Assembly: GCA_963822445.1 (NCBI GenBank)
Contig: CAWGHO010000002.1
Coordinates: forward strand, 2,368,001 to 2,432,000
Direction of reading: 5' to 3'
DNA length: 64,000 nt
Origin: an uncultured Acidobacteriota bacterium
GTDB lineage: Bacteria > Acidobacteriota > Thermoanaerobaculia > Gp7-AA8
Below are positions 31,599 to 42,100 of the stretch, piece after piece. Each line of letters opens with the position of its first letter. Position 1 is the first letter of the stretch. The translations under genes and the position numbers were made by a program. The notes beneath the pieces were generated by a model. That model was not told the origin of the DNA, made no database searches, and saw nothing but the letters and a program-made list of their open reading frames with translations.

Positions 31599-32495
31599 GC
31601 GGCGACATCCTCGAAGTAGGGCTCGAACGCGAACCACTGGAACCAGGCCGTCCCCAGCACGCCCTCGAGCTCTCGCGTCCACTGCGCGGCCGCGCTCGAG
31701 AAAGCTTCACCGCGGTCGGCCGTGCGAACGACCTCGATCGGCGCGCCGGTCAGCAGTCGATAGCGGCGCCGGCCGAGGCGGAAGATGAAGAGCGGGTAGA
31801 TCGGAACGCGTGCCGACATCGCCAGTGCAAAAGGTCCCGCCGGAACGTACGTGCGCTTGCCGAAAAGCGTCGCCGGAATCGGCGTGATGCCCGGCGTCAC
31901 ACGATCGCCTTGAATGGCCACGATCTGCCCGTCGCGCAAGGCGTCGAGGAGATCGAGCGCGAGATCGCTCGCCCGGCTGTTGAAATCGATCTTCAAGCCG
32001 CCGCTGCGCTCGAGTCGTTCCGTCTCGTATCGATGCGTGTCGGGGTCGCTCTCCGGCGCCCGGACCATCACCATCTGGCGGCTCGATGTTTCGGCGAAAA
32101 GATGCGCGCCGAGGTCGTAGCTGCCCATGTGCGCGGTGAGGATGATCGCTCCGCCCTCGTGGGCGAATGCAGACGCTCGAAGTTCTCGAGCCCGGCGAAC
32201 TCCCAATCCGGCACGACGCGCATGCTCTTTGAAGCGCGCGTTGTCGGAGAGAGTCCAGGCGAAGTTCCACAGGACGCGGTAGGTGCGAAAGAAGTTCACG
32301 AACGCCGAAGAGCCCGGAAGGATCGCTCTTCAGATTGTGCATGACCCCTCGGCGCCCCGCTCGCCAGAACAGGAAAAGCGCGGCCCACAGCGCCATCACC
32401 GCGGGCTCGATCCAGATCGGAACGTTGATGACCGCCCAACGCAGAAGCTTCCGCCAGAACACGCCACGCGCGAGAAACGGCCGGAGGAACCTCAC
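31595..32495 (-). CDS. LpxL/lysophospholipid acyltransferase-family protein (frameshifted)
   Basis: TAHMGSYD (HxxxxD), IVAIQGDR, QWFAF; N-terminus in a different frame. Confidence 0.82.
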
Positions 32496-33678
32496 GGTTT
32501 GATGATCTCGCCCAGGGTTCGATCGACCGACGGCAGTTGCGGCCGCAGCAGCCGGAAGATCGCGCCGTTCATCAGCGACTCGTCACCCGGATACGTGGGA
32601 ACGAAATGCAGCGGAAATCGCTCGAAGATCTCCCGGTCGCTGCGCTTGCCGCATCGACTGCACGCGATGTCGCTTCTGCGCGAGCCGCGCTTCATTCGCG
32701 ACGATCCAGTCGAGCGCGCGGAACTGCATCGTGGTCAGCGGATCATCGAGCGCGGCCAGTGGCTTCGGCCCGGCGATGCGGCGTTTCACGCGGCGAAGAA
32801 AGGTCTGGCGCGGCGAGATGCGCGGATCCAGCGCCGCGCGCGACAACTCGCCCGCCCGCGGATTGCGTGTCGTCGCGTAGTGATGCAGCCGGTGCAGGTA
32901 GGTGAAGAAAACGGCCGCGCCAGACTCGGCGAGGTTCTCGTAGTTCTTGATCGCGGTCTGCAGCGCGTTCCGTTCGAACAACACACCGCGCTCGAAATCG
33001 CCGAGGCGGTTGCTGGTCGTGCTCGACGCATGCCGGACGGTCGCTTGCGGCTCGAAGAGGACGCGCAGACCGGCGATCCACGCGCGCCATCCGAAGTCGA
33101 CGTCTTCGAGATACGCGAAATAGTCATCGTCGAACGCGCCGAGCTCCATGAGCGCTCTCGCGGCGCGAGATCATGTTGCCGCCGCACGCGAAGAGGATCT
33201 CCTCGCCGCTCTTCGGCTCTTCGCGCGATCCCAGCGGATAGCGGAAGCCGTTCTGGAACGCGTGACCATCGAAGGTGAGCATGCCGCCGATGAAGTCGAT
33301 GCGCGTGCCGGTCGGATCGACGATCTTTCCACCGACCGAAACGACATCCTCGGACGCCTCATCAATCGCGCGAACCAGTGCCGCCAACCAGCTGGGCTCG
33401 GGGACGGCGTCGTTGTTCAGGAAGATGACGTTGCGCGCGGTCGATCCCGCGAGTGCCGCGGCGAGGCCGCCCGTGAATCCGCGATTCTCCTGCAACGCGA
33501 AGAGCTTGATCTTCGGATACCGCGAGGTGATGGCGGTTGCGCTGCCGTCGGTCGAGCCGTTGTCGACCACGGTGATCGTCCCGTCCGCGATCTCACCCAG
33601 TTGCGCGGCGACCGCATCGAGGCACTCCAGTGTCTCGCGGCGGTTGTTCCAGTTGACGATGATGATTTCGGTGCTCAT
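32492..33678 (-). CDS. Glycosyltransferase family 2 (frameshifts near 33155 and 32645)
   Basis: IVNWN, VDNGSTDGS, FLNND, then FDDDYFAYLEDVDFGWR in another frame. Confidence 0.85.
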
Positions 33679-34892
33679 GAACGAAGGCGGCGCCGGAGCC
33701 GATGCAGGATCGATCGCGGCGGATCGGGGATCGCCGGTGCAGCGGCAAACGTTTCCTTGGTCGCGTCGGATTTCGGCGCGCGGCAGAACTCGCGCAACGG
33801 TCCGAGGGTCCGCGGCCATTGATGCTCGAAGACGAAGTGCTGCGTGCCGCGCACCATCGAGTAGTACGTCTCATGCGCGAGGATCAGCGCAATCACCTCT
33901 TTCGCGAACGCTTGTGGCGAATCGCTGCCGATGACCCGGCCGGCGTGATAGCGATGGAGGATCTCGTCGGTTCCCGGCGCAGAGCTCGTGACGACGGGCA
34001 GGCCGCACCAGAGGTAATCGTAAACGCGCGTCCGCATCGAAAGGTCCGTCTCCAGCGACCGCGGAAACGTCAGCAATGCCAGGGCGAACCGGTCGAAGAA
34101 CTCCGCGCGCTGCTCGTAGGCGACCCAGGGCTCGAACTTCACGAAGTCGTAATTGCGCTTCTGGCAGTACGCGATGGCCTCGGCCAGTTTTCCCTGCGGC
34201 GTGATCTCCGGATTCGGGTGCGTGGTGAAGGTGAGCGTCGTTCCCGGTAACGACTCGCGCGCGATGGCGATCGCGTCGATGGCGCAGATCGGGTCGTACC
34301 AGTCGTAAATGCCGCCGAAGAGGATCTCCGGCGTCTCGAGATTTCGCGTCGCCACCGCGCGCGGCTGCTGGACGCCGAAAGGGGCGATCGCAATCAGCGA
34401 CTCGGCGCGTGGATCGGATTCGAAGACGACCGGGTTCAGGCGGCCGGCGGCGATCAGCGTACCGAGATAGAAGAATCGCTGGGCTTCCGACGCGCAGAGG
34501 AAGAAGTCGCCGCGCACGAGCGAGTTCATCAGCGTCAAGTGATCGTGCGAAAACACGCCGGCGCCGCGCTCGGCGTAGTAGTGAAGATTCTCGACGATGA
34601 ACGGGTCGTACAGATCGACGACCGTCGGGATCGGCTTCGCGTCCATGAAGTAGCCGTTCGCGACATGGCCCTGCACGACGGCGAGGTCGTTGATCGCCGT
34701 GTGCTGGGCGATGGTCGGCGGATTGATGTAATCGCCGCGGCAGCCTTCGATCGCTCCCGCGTCGGGGGAGAGGATGGTGACGTCGTGACCGTCCGCGCGG
34801 AGCACGCGCGCGATCTCGAGAAAGCGGATGCCGACGCCGGCGGGCTGGCCGTGGCCGAGGGGCTCGGGACAGACGAGAAGGACGCGGGTCAC
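33675..34892 (-). CDS. GT-B (family 4-like) glycosyltransferase
   Basis: VVDLYDP, FFLCASEAQR, GGIYDWYDP, RTRVYDYLWCGLPVV. Confidence 0.82.
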   Translation of the reverse strand: MTRVLLVCPEPLGHGQPAGVGIRFLEIARVLRADGHDVTILSPDAGAIEGCRGDYINPPTIAQHTAINDLAVVQGHVANGYFMDAKPIPTVVDLYDPFIVENLHYYAERGAGVFSHDHLTLMNSLVRGDFFLCASEAQRFFYLGTLIAAGRLNPVVFESDPRAESLIAIAPFGVQQPRAVATRNLETPEILFGGIYDWYDPICAIDAIAIARESLPGTTLTFTTHPNPEITPQGKLAEAIAYCQKRNYDFVKFEPWVAYEQRAEFFDRFALALLTFPRSLETDLSMRTRVYDYLWCGLPVVTSSAPGTDEILHRYHAGRVIGSDSPQAFAKEVIALILAHETYYSMVRGTQHFVFEHQWPRTLGPLREFCRAPKSDATKETFAAAPAIPDPPRSILHRLRRRLRS

Positions 34893-36739
34893 CCGCGGCC
34901 TTTCATCTTTTCGACCATCGTGTGCAGCTTCCAGGTGCGCGAGCGGTAGATCATTTCCAGGAGGCCGTTGAGGCGATCGATCTCCACGCGGGCGCGCTCG
35001 AGCGCTCCATGGGTTTCGCCATTTGCGCCGCGGAGACTGTCGTTCTCGCGCTCCAGCCGTTCGATCTGGATTGCGCGTTCCTCGCTCTTTTCCACGACAC
35101 CGGAGAGCGTGTCCACGACGGCCTCGAGCTCGCGGACGCGGAGCATGTAGCCGTTCAGGTCATTCGTCTGGGCCGCGATCTGCGCGATCAGCTCGTTCTT
35201 CTCGCGCTCCAGGCGGGCTATATCGCGACGCGAGAAATCGACCTGGCCTTTCGATTCCACGAGTTGCGAGTAAACGTCGCCGGCGCGGCGCTTCTGCGTC
35301 GCGAACGCGCCGGCGATGACGTCGTTCGTGAGGAGCGCTGCGTGCTTCTTCCAGATCTGCTCTTTCGCGTCGCGAAACCGCTCCGATCCCTCCGGTGCCG
35401 CGAGGACCACCGACGATCCTCCCTCGAAGTGGCGGATCTCGCATGTGACGCGCGGGACGTGCACGAATGCGCCGGTCCGGGACAGGCGAATCACGAAGTC
35501 CCAGTCTTCGAACAGGTCGAACGCCGGATCGAAGCCGCCGAGATCGAGGAACGTTGCGCGCGCGACGAGCAGCGTCGGCAAGGGGATGTAGTTGTCGATG
35601 AGGAGCAGATCGGGATCGAAGTCCTGCGAGAACAGCCGCAACCGGGAGTGCGCTTCGGTCTGTCCGGACTTGAAGAACGCGGAAACGGCATCGGTGTAGG
35701 CCGCGACGGGTGCCTTCGCCGCGGCGAGAGTCGACAGGTGCTCGGGATAGTAAAGATCGTCATCGTCGAGGAAGGCGATGAACGCATTTTTCGCGGCGCG
35801 AACGCCGGCGTTGGCCGCTTCCGAGCGTCCCCGCGATTTCTCGTGATTGATCAGCGTGACGCCGTCGAGCTCCGGCCGCGCGCCTCCGTCGTTGACGACC
35901 ACGATCTCGCAGGGATACCCGTTGGCGCGGATCGACTCGATCGCCTCGCGCAGCAGCTCCGGCCGGTCCTTCGTTCGCACGATCACGCTGATCGGAAGCG
36001 TTTCTCCGGTGATCTCGATCTCCGGCGGCGCGCTCATGCGCCGGCGAAGCTCGCTGAAAGGTGTAGTGCGCAGGGACGGCAACTCCACGAGGTGATAGGC
36101 CTCGGCGAACGTCGCTGTTGGCGGCAGGGTCATGGCGCGATAGGCATTCAGACCGCGGGCGTAAGCGGTGTAGTCGCGCAGTGCGATCTGGGACGTGTGC
36201 TCGCCGATCGCCGCGTACTTGATCTCGGCGACGTCGGAGATGTCGACGATGGCGTTCGGCCGCAGCGGCGCGCTCACTTCGTAAAACGCGACGCGCGCGA
36301 CGGCGAGCTCCGCGAACAGCAGCGCATCGCGCTGCACGAGCTCGCAGAAAATGCGCGAGAGCGCGACGTGGTCGGGATGGATCTCGATGGGGCTGGGAAC
36401 GAGGACCAGGTCGGGACGAAAAGCCAGCAATTGCTCGTGGATCCGCGCCGCCGCGTCATTGGAAAGCCCGCGGTCCGGAAATCCGAGGAACTCGAGCTCC
36501 GCGCCTTCGCCGAGGCGGGCCACGCCACGCCGCGACTCTTCCTCGCGCGACGCCCGCCCGCCCGCCTCCGCACCATCGGTCATCACCACGATCCGCACCG
36601 CCCGCCGCTCGCGCAAATGCTGCGCGATCAGCCCCCCGCAGGCGATCACCTCGTCGTCGGGATGAGGCGCCAGAACGAGCAGCCGTTCGCCGCGGAGCAC
36701 CGTCGGCTCGTAGGGAATGGCGGAGGCCTCCGTGAACAC
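34889..36739 (-). CDS. PIG-L de-N-acetylase, GT2 and coiled-coil fusion protein
   Basis: APHPDDE and HPDH; VIVRTKDR, FLDDDD, EDWD; heptad-rich C-terminus ending SRTWK. Confidence 0.88.
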   Translation of the reverse strand: MFTEASAIPYEPTVLRGERLLVLAPHPDDEVIACGGLIAQHLRERRAVRIVVMTDGAEAGGRASREEESRRGVARLGEGAELEFLGFPDRGLSNDAAARIHEQLLAFRPDLVLVPSPIEIHPDHVALSRIFCELVQRDALLFAELAVARVAFYEVSAPLRPNAIVDISDVAEIKYAAIGEHTSQIALRDYTAYARGLNAYRAMTLPPTATFAEAYHLVELPSLRTTPFSELRRRMSAPPEIEITGETLPISVIVRTKDRPELLREAIESIRANGYPCEIVVVNDGGARPELDGVTLINHEKSRGRSEAANAGVRAAKNAFIAFLDDDDLYYPEHLSTLAAAKAPVAAYTDAVSAFFKSGQTEAHSRLRLFSQDFDPDLLLIDNYIPLPTLLVARATFLDLGGFDPAFDLFEDWDFVIRLSRTGAFVHVPRVTCEIRHFEGGSSVVLAAPEGSERFRDAKEQIWKKHAALLTNDVIAGAFATQKRRAGDVYSQLVESKGQVDFSRRDIARLEREKNELIAQIAAQTNDLNGYMLRVRELEAVVDTLSGVVEKSEERAIQIERLERENDSLRGANGETHGALERARVEIDRLNGLLEMIYRSRTWKLHTMVEKMKGRG

Positions 36740-36761
36740 GGCGGCATTGTAGTGGTTGCCC

Positions 36762-36841
36762 AGTTGGTTGTCGGGTTGTCCGGTTTTCCGGTTGTCGGGT
36801 GGATGTGACTGACAACCTGACAACCCGACAACCGGACAACT
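36762..36841. repeat. Octamer tandem-repeat hairpin, (GGTTGTCS)n - loop - (GACAACCN)n
   Basis: Visible inverted tandem octamers between divergent genes. Confidence 0.85.
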
Positions 36842-36860
36842 ACAATTCACCCGGGTCTTG

Positions 36861-37904
36861 ATGTCAGACGACAAACAAAACGACGAGCTTGCGCGCCTCC
36901 GCACGCAGCACCGTCAGATCAGCGATTTGCTGGCGCTGATCCAGGAGCTGACCTCGCGCGTGGTGCGCAGTGAGTCCGCCGGGGACCTCTTCGGCGGCGC
37001 GTTTCCGACGCTGTTCCGCTGCGTGCCGTTCGACGTTGCGGTGGCGGTGATGCTCGAGCAGAACCTCGACCTCTACCTGACCACGCGCGAGGGGGCCGAT
37101 TCGCTCCTCAGCGACGAGTTCATCGCCCGGATCCGCGGGACGCTGGCGAAGGCCATCCCGGTCTCGTTCGAGTCGACGGAGGTCGTGGTGAAGGCCGAGG
37201 CGCATCACCTGCCGGCTGGGACGGGGGAGGGGGGAGGGCTCGAGTATTCGGCCCACGCGCTGCTGGAACGGGAAAAGCGCACCGCGGGCATGCTCCTGCT
37301 GTTCCGTTCCGATCGCGACTTCAGCGAGAACGAGCGCCAGATCCTCGCCATCTTCGCCACCCAGGTGGCCATGCTCCTCGGCACGATCCACGCGCGGGAG
37401 AAGATCCTCAATCTTGCCGACACGGACGATCTCACCGGCATCTGGAACCGGCGCTACTTCCGGCGGCAATTGCCGCAGGAGTTCGAGCGCGCCCGCACGT
37501 TCGGCGTGCCCCTGTCGGTGCTGCTCTTCGACATCGACGACTTCAAGCAGATCAACGACGGCTTCGGACACACCATCGGCGACGTCGTGCTGTCCGAGCT
37601 ATGCGGCGTGGTGCGTGAGGCCCTGCGGCCCACGGACTCGCTGGCGCGATTCGGCGGCGACGAGTTCGCGATCATCCTTCCGCACACCGATCTGACGGGC
37701 GCGATGGCGGTCGCGGATCGATTGCTGAATCGCGTGCGGTCGCTGACCGTGCCGACGGACGAGGAAGGAGCGATTCAGTGCTCGGTCTCCATCGGCATGG
37801 CTGAATTCCGGCGCGAGGACGCGACGGCGAGCGATCTGGTGCGCCGCGCCGACGAGCAGCTTTATCTTTCCAAACGCACGGGCAAGAACCGGTACAGTGC
37901 CTGA
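36861..37904 (+). CDS. GAF-like sensor diguanylate cyclase
   Basis: DDLTGIWNRR, DIDDFKQIND, RxxD I-site (RPTD), RFGGDEF. Confidence 0.92.
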   Translation: MSDDKQNDELARLRTQHRQISDLLALIQELTSRVVRSESAGDLFGGAFPTLFRCVPFDVAVAVMLEQNLDLYLTTREGADSLLSDEFIARIRGTLAKAIPVSFESTEVVVKAEAHHLPAGTGEGGGLEYSAHALLEREKRTAGMLLLFRSDRDFSENERQILAIFATQVAMLLGTIHAREKILNLADTDDLTGIWNRRYFRRQLPQEFERARTFGVPLSVLLFDIDDFKQINDGFGHTIGDVVLSELCGVVREALRPTDSLARFGGDEFAIILPHTDLTGAMAVADRLLNRVRSLTVPTDEEGAIQCSVSIGMAEFRREDATASDLVRRADEQLYLSKRTGKNRYSA

Positions 37905-37907
37905 GCC

Positions 37908-38672
37908 ATGTCTCAGCAAGTGCGCTATCTCATCGCGAACTGGAAAATGAACCTGCCGCCGGAAGGCGTGAAGGGTTACGTCGGCACCCTCATCGAACGG
38001 ACGCAGAGCGACGTTTCCGTCGTGGTGGCGCCGCCGTTTCCCTTTCTCCTCGACACGCACGGCGTGCGGCTGGCGGGACAGAACTGCAGCGAGCATCCGT
38101 CCGGCGCGTTTACCGGTGAGGTCTCGGCCCAGATGCTTCATGACTGCGGCGCCGAAATGGTCATCCTCGGCCATTCCGAACGCCGCAATCTCTTTCACGA
38201 GACCGACGCGGTCATCGCCCGGAAATTGACGCTGGCCATCAACACCGGTCTCGCGCCGGTACTCTGCCTCGGCGAGGATCTCAAGGTGCGCGACGCCGGG
38301 CAGGTGGCGCGGTGCCTCGCGGATCAGATCAAGGCCTGCGCGGTCGACGCGCTGGAGACGGTGCAGGAGATCGTCATCGCTTACGAGCCGGTGTGGGCGA
38401 TCGGCACGGGGCGCAACGCCAGCGGGCAGATGGTCGCGGAAACGCTGGTCGAGATCCGCCATGCCCTGGAGCGATTCTGGCCCTTGCGTCTGGCCCGAAC
38501 GTCGATCCTCTACGGCGGCAGCGTCACCCCGGACAACGTCGGCGATCTGGTCGAAAACGGGACGATCGACGGGTTTCTGGTAGGGGGCGCAAGTCTCGAT
38601 TCTGCTAAGTTTTTGGCGATTCTCGCGGGCCTTGACGGGACCGGCGATTCCGGGAAGAATTCGCACCCCTGA
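37908..38672 (+). CDS. tpiA: Triosephosphate isomerase
   Basis: ANWKMN, GHSERR, AYEPVWAIGTG, LVGGAS. Confidence 0.97.
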   Translation: MSQQVRYLIANWKMNLPPEGVKGYVGTLIERTQSDVSVVVAPPFPFLLDTHGVRLAGQNCSEHPSGAFTGEVSAQMLHDCGAEMVILGHSERRNLFHETDAVIARKLTLAINTGLAPVLCLGEDLKVRDAGQVARCLADQIKACAVDALETVQEIVIAYEPVWAIGTGRNASGQMVAETLVEIRHALERFWPLRLARTSILYGGSVTPDNVGDLVENGTIDGFLVGGASLDSAKFLAILAGLDGTGDSGKNSHP

Positions 38673-38690
38673 CCCGTTAGGGAGTTTTCC

Positions 38691-38996
38691 ATGACCGTTT
38701 TGATCCTCATTCTGCACGTCCTCATCAGCCTCTTTCTGATCCTCGTCGTCCTTGTCCAGCAGGGCAAAGGCGCGGATCTGGCGGGCGCGTTCGGGGGCGG
38801 CGGATCGCAGACAGCATTCGGCGCGCGCGGCGCGACGACGCTCCTGCACAAGCTCACGACCGGGTTCTTCATCGCCTTCGTCATCACCTCAATGACGCTG
38901 GCGGTTCTTCAGGCCCGGCCGCGTGGATCAGTCATGGCCGGCGAGACCCCGGCGGCGCCGACGGTTCCGGCCAAGGCCCCTGCTCCCGCGAAGTAA
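38691..38996 (+). CDS. secG: Preprotein translocase subunit SecG
   Basis: VLVQQGKGADLAGAFGGGGSQTAFGARGA; conserved tpiA-secG-tRNA order. Confidence 0.96.
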   Translation: MTVLILILHVLISLFLILVVLVQQGKGADLAGAFGGGGSQTAFGARGATTLLHKLTTGFFIAFVITSMTLAVLQARPRGSVMAGETPAAPTVPAKAPAPAK

Positions 38997-39017
38997 GGAA
39001 ACGCAGCACCGCTCTTT

Positions 39018-39095
<78 letters not shown>

Positions 39096-39102
<7 letters not shown>

Positions 39103-39154
39103 GATCAGTAAGCAAACGAAAAGGCTCGCCATTCGGCGAGCCTTTTTCATTTGC
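39096..39154 (+). repeat. Direct repeat copy 1 (tRNA 3' end plus terminator hairpin)
   Basis: Matches 43436..43493 with ~6 differences; contains AAAAGGCTCGCC/GGCGAGCCTTTT hairpin. Confidence 0.85.
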
Positions 39155-39195
39155 GAGCCTCGCGATTTAGGTAAGATTCCACCCACAACCCTCCC

Positions 39196-42100
39196 ATGAA
39201 TCTGCGTTGGCTCCTCGCTCTGTGCGTGCTCGTTTTCTCCGTCTCCGCGAAGGCCGGGATGCATGTCTGGACGGGTGCGGCGAACGACAGGTTTTCGGAT
39301 GCGGGGAACTGGATCGGCGGTTCGCCGGCCGGGGACGCGGAGGCGGAGCTTGTGTTTCCGGCGGGGCCGGAGCGGGTGGTGCTGACGAACGACATCACCG
39401 GCCTGACCGTGCGCACGATTTCCTTCAGCGGCGTCGCATACGCGATCGGTGGGTCGCCGATCACGCTGACGGGCGGTGCGGAGGTGTTCGATACGACGAG
39501 CGGGCCGAATGCGATCGCGTGCGACGTGCATCTGGCCGGCGGTGCGACGTTTCTCTCCGACCACTGGACTAACTATTCGTTCAACACTCCGTCGGGTCTG
39601 GAGTTTTCCGGGGTGATCGGCGGGACGGGGCCGCTGACCAAAGTCGGCTCGGGTGTGGTGATCTTCTCCGGCTCGCGCCCGAATACGTGGTCCGGCCTGA
39701 CCCGCGTGCTGGACGGCACGTTGCGACTGGCGAAAGAGCCGGGCGTGAATGCTGTTCCGGGCGACGTGAACGTCTCCGGCACCGGCTTCAACGGCCAGGA
39801 CGGGACACTCGCCGTCGCGGCGGCCCACCAGATTCCCGACACGGCGGCGATTCGCGTCGGCGGGCAGGCTCGCTTCCTCATCGAGGCGGACGAGATCGTG
39901 GGACCGCTGGAGGTCGAGGGAAACGCGGAGGTCAACGGCCGGCTGATCCTTACCAACGACGTCACCGTTCTTGACGGCTCTTCCTCTTCCGAGGTGCGGT
40001 TGTGGGGTTTCGCGCTGTCGGGCATCCGCACGATCCGGATGCTGGGTAGCACGAGCGTGAGCATCTATCGGATCAGTGACCACACGCCGGGCTCGGGTCT
40101 GATCCTCCGAACCGAGGGCGGCGCTCCGCGCTCGCTCAACATCGACGCCACGTACTTCGGCCCGACGATCATCGACATCGACGGGAGCGTGCGCCTCGTC
40201 AACCGGAATACGGCGGTCCGGCTGCGCCGAGGGACGTTCCAGGGTAACGTGGCATCGCTCGCTGCTGAAGGCGGAACCGTCGACGGAACCAGCGGCGGCG
40301 TGACGACGACGGGCGACCTGCGCGTACACGCCGCGGCCACAATGAAGCTGGCTGCCGACCAGTCTGTAGTTTCTGTCGGCGGCGTGCTCGACCTCCGTCG
40401 CGCGAAGCTCGCCCTCGACTACTACCAGTCCGTCACGCGCACACTCGGCGCGACCTACGCCGCGGTCAGAAACACAGGACCCGATCCGGTGAGCGGAACG
40501 TTCGCCGATGTTCCCGAGGGAACGATCTTGTCGGACCGATTCCGCATCTCGTATCGCGGCAACGACGGCAACGACATCACCATGACCGACGTCGGCAAGT
40601 TCGCCAGCAGCACCAGACTCGAGTACGAGCCCACGTATCTGGAAGGCGGCCGGCCGGTGACGCTCGTCGCCACGGTCACGATTCCACAGTTCGGCGGCAC
40701 GCCCACGGGCACGATCACCTTCCGCGAGGGCACGACGGTCCTCGGCACGGCGCCGTTCAGCTATCGGTCCAGCATCACCATCCAGCCCGAGCGGGGGATG
40801 CATACGTACACGGCGACGTTCGAGAGTCCCGACAGTTCGATCAAACCCTCGACCGGCACGGTGCAGGTCCCGGTTCCGGCGATTCGCGCGGAGCTCGATT
40901 CTGTCGAGCCGATGGAGGTGACTTCCGGCACGACCGTCGAGTTGATCCTTCGCGGCAGTGGCTTCCTGCCCGGAGGAGAGGTCGTGATCGACAGCAAGGA
41001 ATTGCCGTCGACGTTCATTTCGCCGAGCGAGGTGCGCGCGACGTGGAACGTGTACCACGTCGACTTCGACGCGTGGGCCGCTGTGATGTACCGCCAGCCA
41101 GGACCGGGCGCCGTGCCCTCCCCGCAGGTGCAGGTCAGGATCCGGAAGGTTGTCGATCCCTACGCGCTGTTGTTCGAGCCCAGCGCCGTGAGCGGCCGCG
41201 TGACGCCGGGCGGCAACGCGGTGTGGTTCAGCACTGCGTACCTGGGCGGCGGCACGTACGCGAGTCACGCCGAGATCATGAGCGACTCCGATGGCGACGG
41301 CGTGGTGCGCTGGGCACAGGTCAACGGAATCCCGTCGGTGAGCCTGTGGCTGCTGATCGACACGATCACCGCCAAAGTGTCGGGCGGGCGTCCGAATGGC
41401 TCCCCGGCCCAACGGTCATCGTTTCCGACGGCGATGTTCCTTCGCGACGAGCAAGGCCGCCACACCTACGCATACCTTTGCGCCGGCTTCGAAACGCACG
41501 TGCTGTGGATCCGGCCGAACCAGGGCGCGTGGTTCCTCTCCGGGTTCGACGGCAGCAACGCGGACATCGCCGAAGGCAGGAACGGCTGCTGGATGTTCCG
41601 CGCCTCGCAGATGTACGACATCATCGGCTCGCCTTCGTCGCCGCCACAGGCATTCGAGCGCGGGGACATCGTCGTCGGCATCGAGAGGACTTTCGACTTC
41701 ACCTCCTGGTTCGGCGACCGCATCGACCAGCACCTCGCCGAGTCGGACGGTCCGGGGACGATTGCGTTCGGCGAACGCACCGAGGTCGGCTTCACGGACG
41801 AAGGGGCCACGCAGCGCATGCCTCTGCTGCGCACTGGCGGCACGGACGGCCAGGTGTCGGTCGACTACACGACCGTCGATGGCACCGCGAAAGCGGGACT
41901 CCACTATGTTCCCGCGTCCGGACGAGTGACGTTCGGGCCGGGCGAGGTTCAGAAGTTCATCGAAGTGCGCCTGCTCAATGCAGGCGACTACGCGGGCGGC
42001 GCGAGGTTCAAAGTCGTCCTCCAGAATCCCGCCCGCGCGGCGATGGGCGACGTTCGGGAGCGCGTGATCACCATTAACGACCACGACGAGGCGCCGATGC

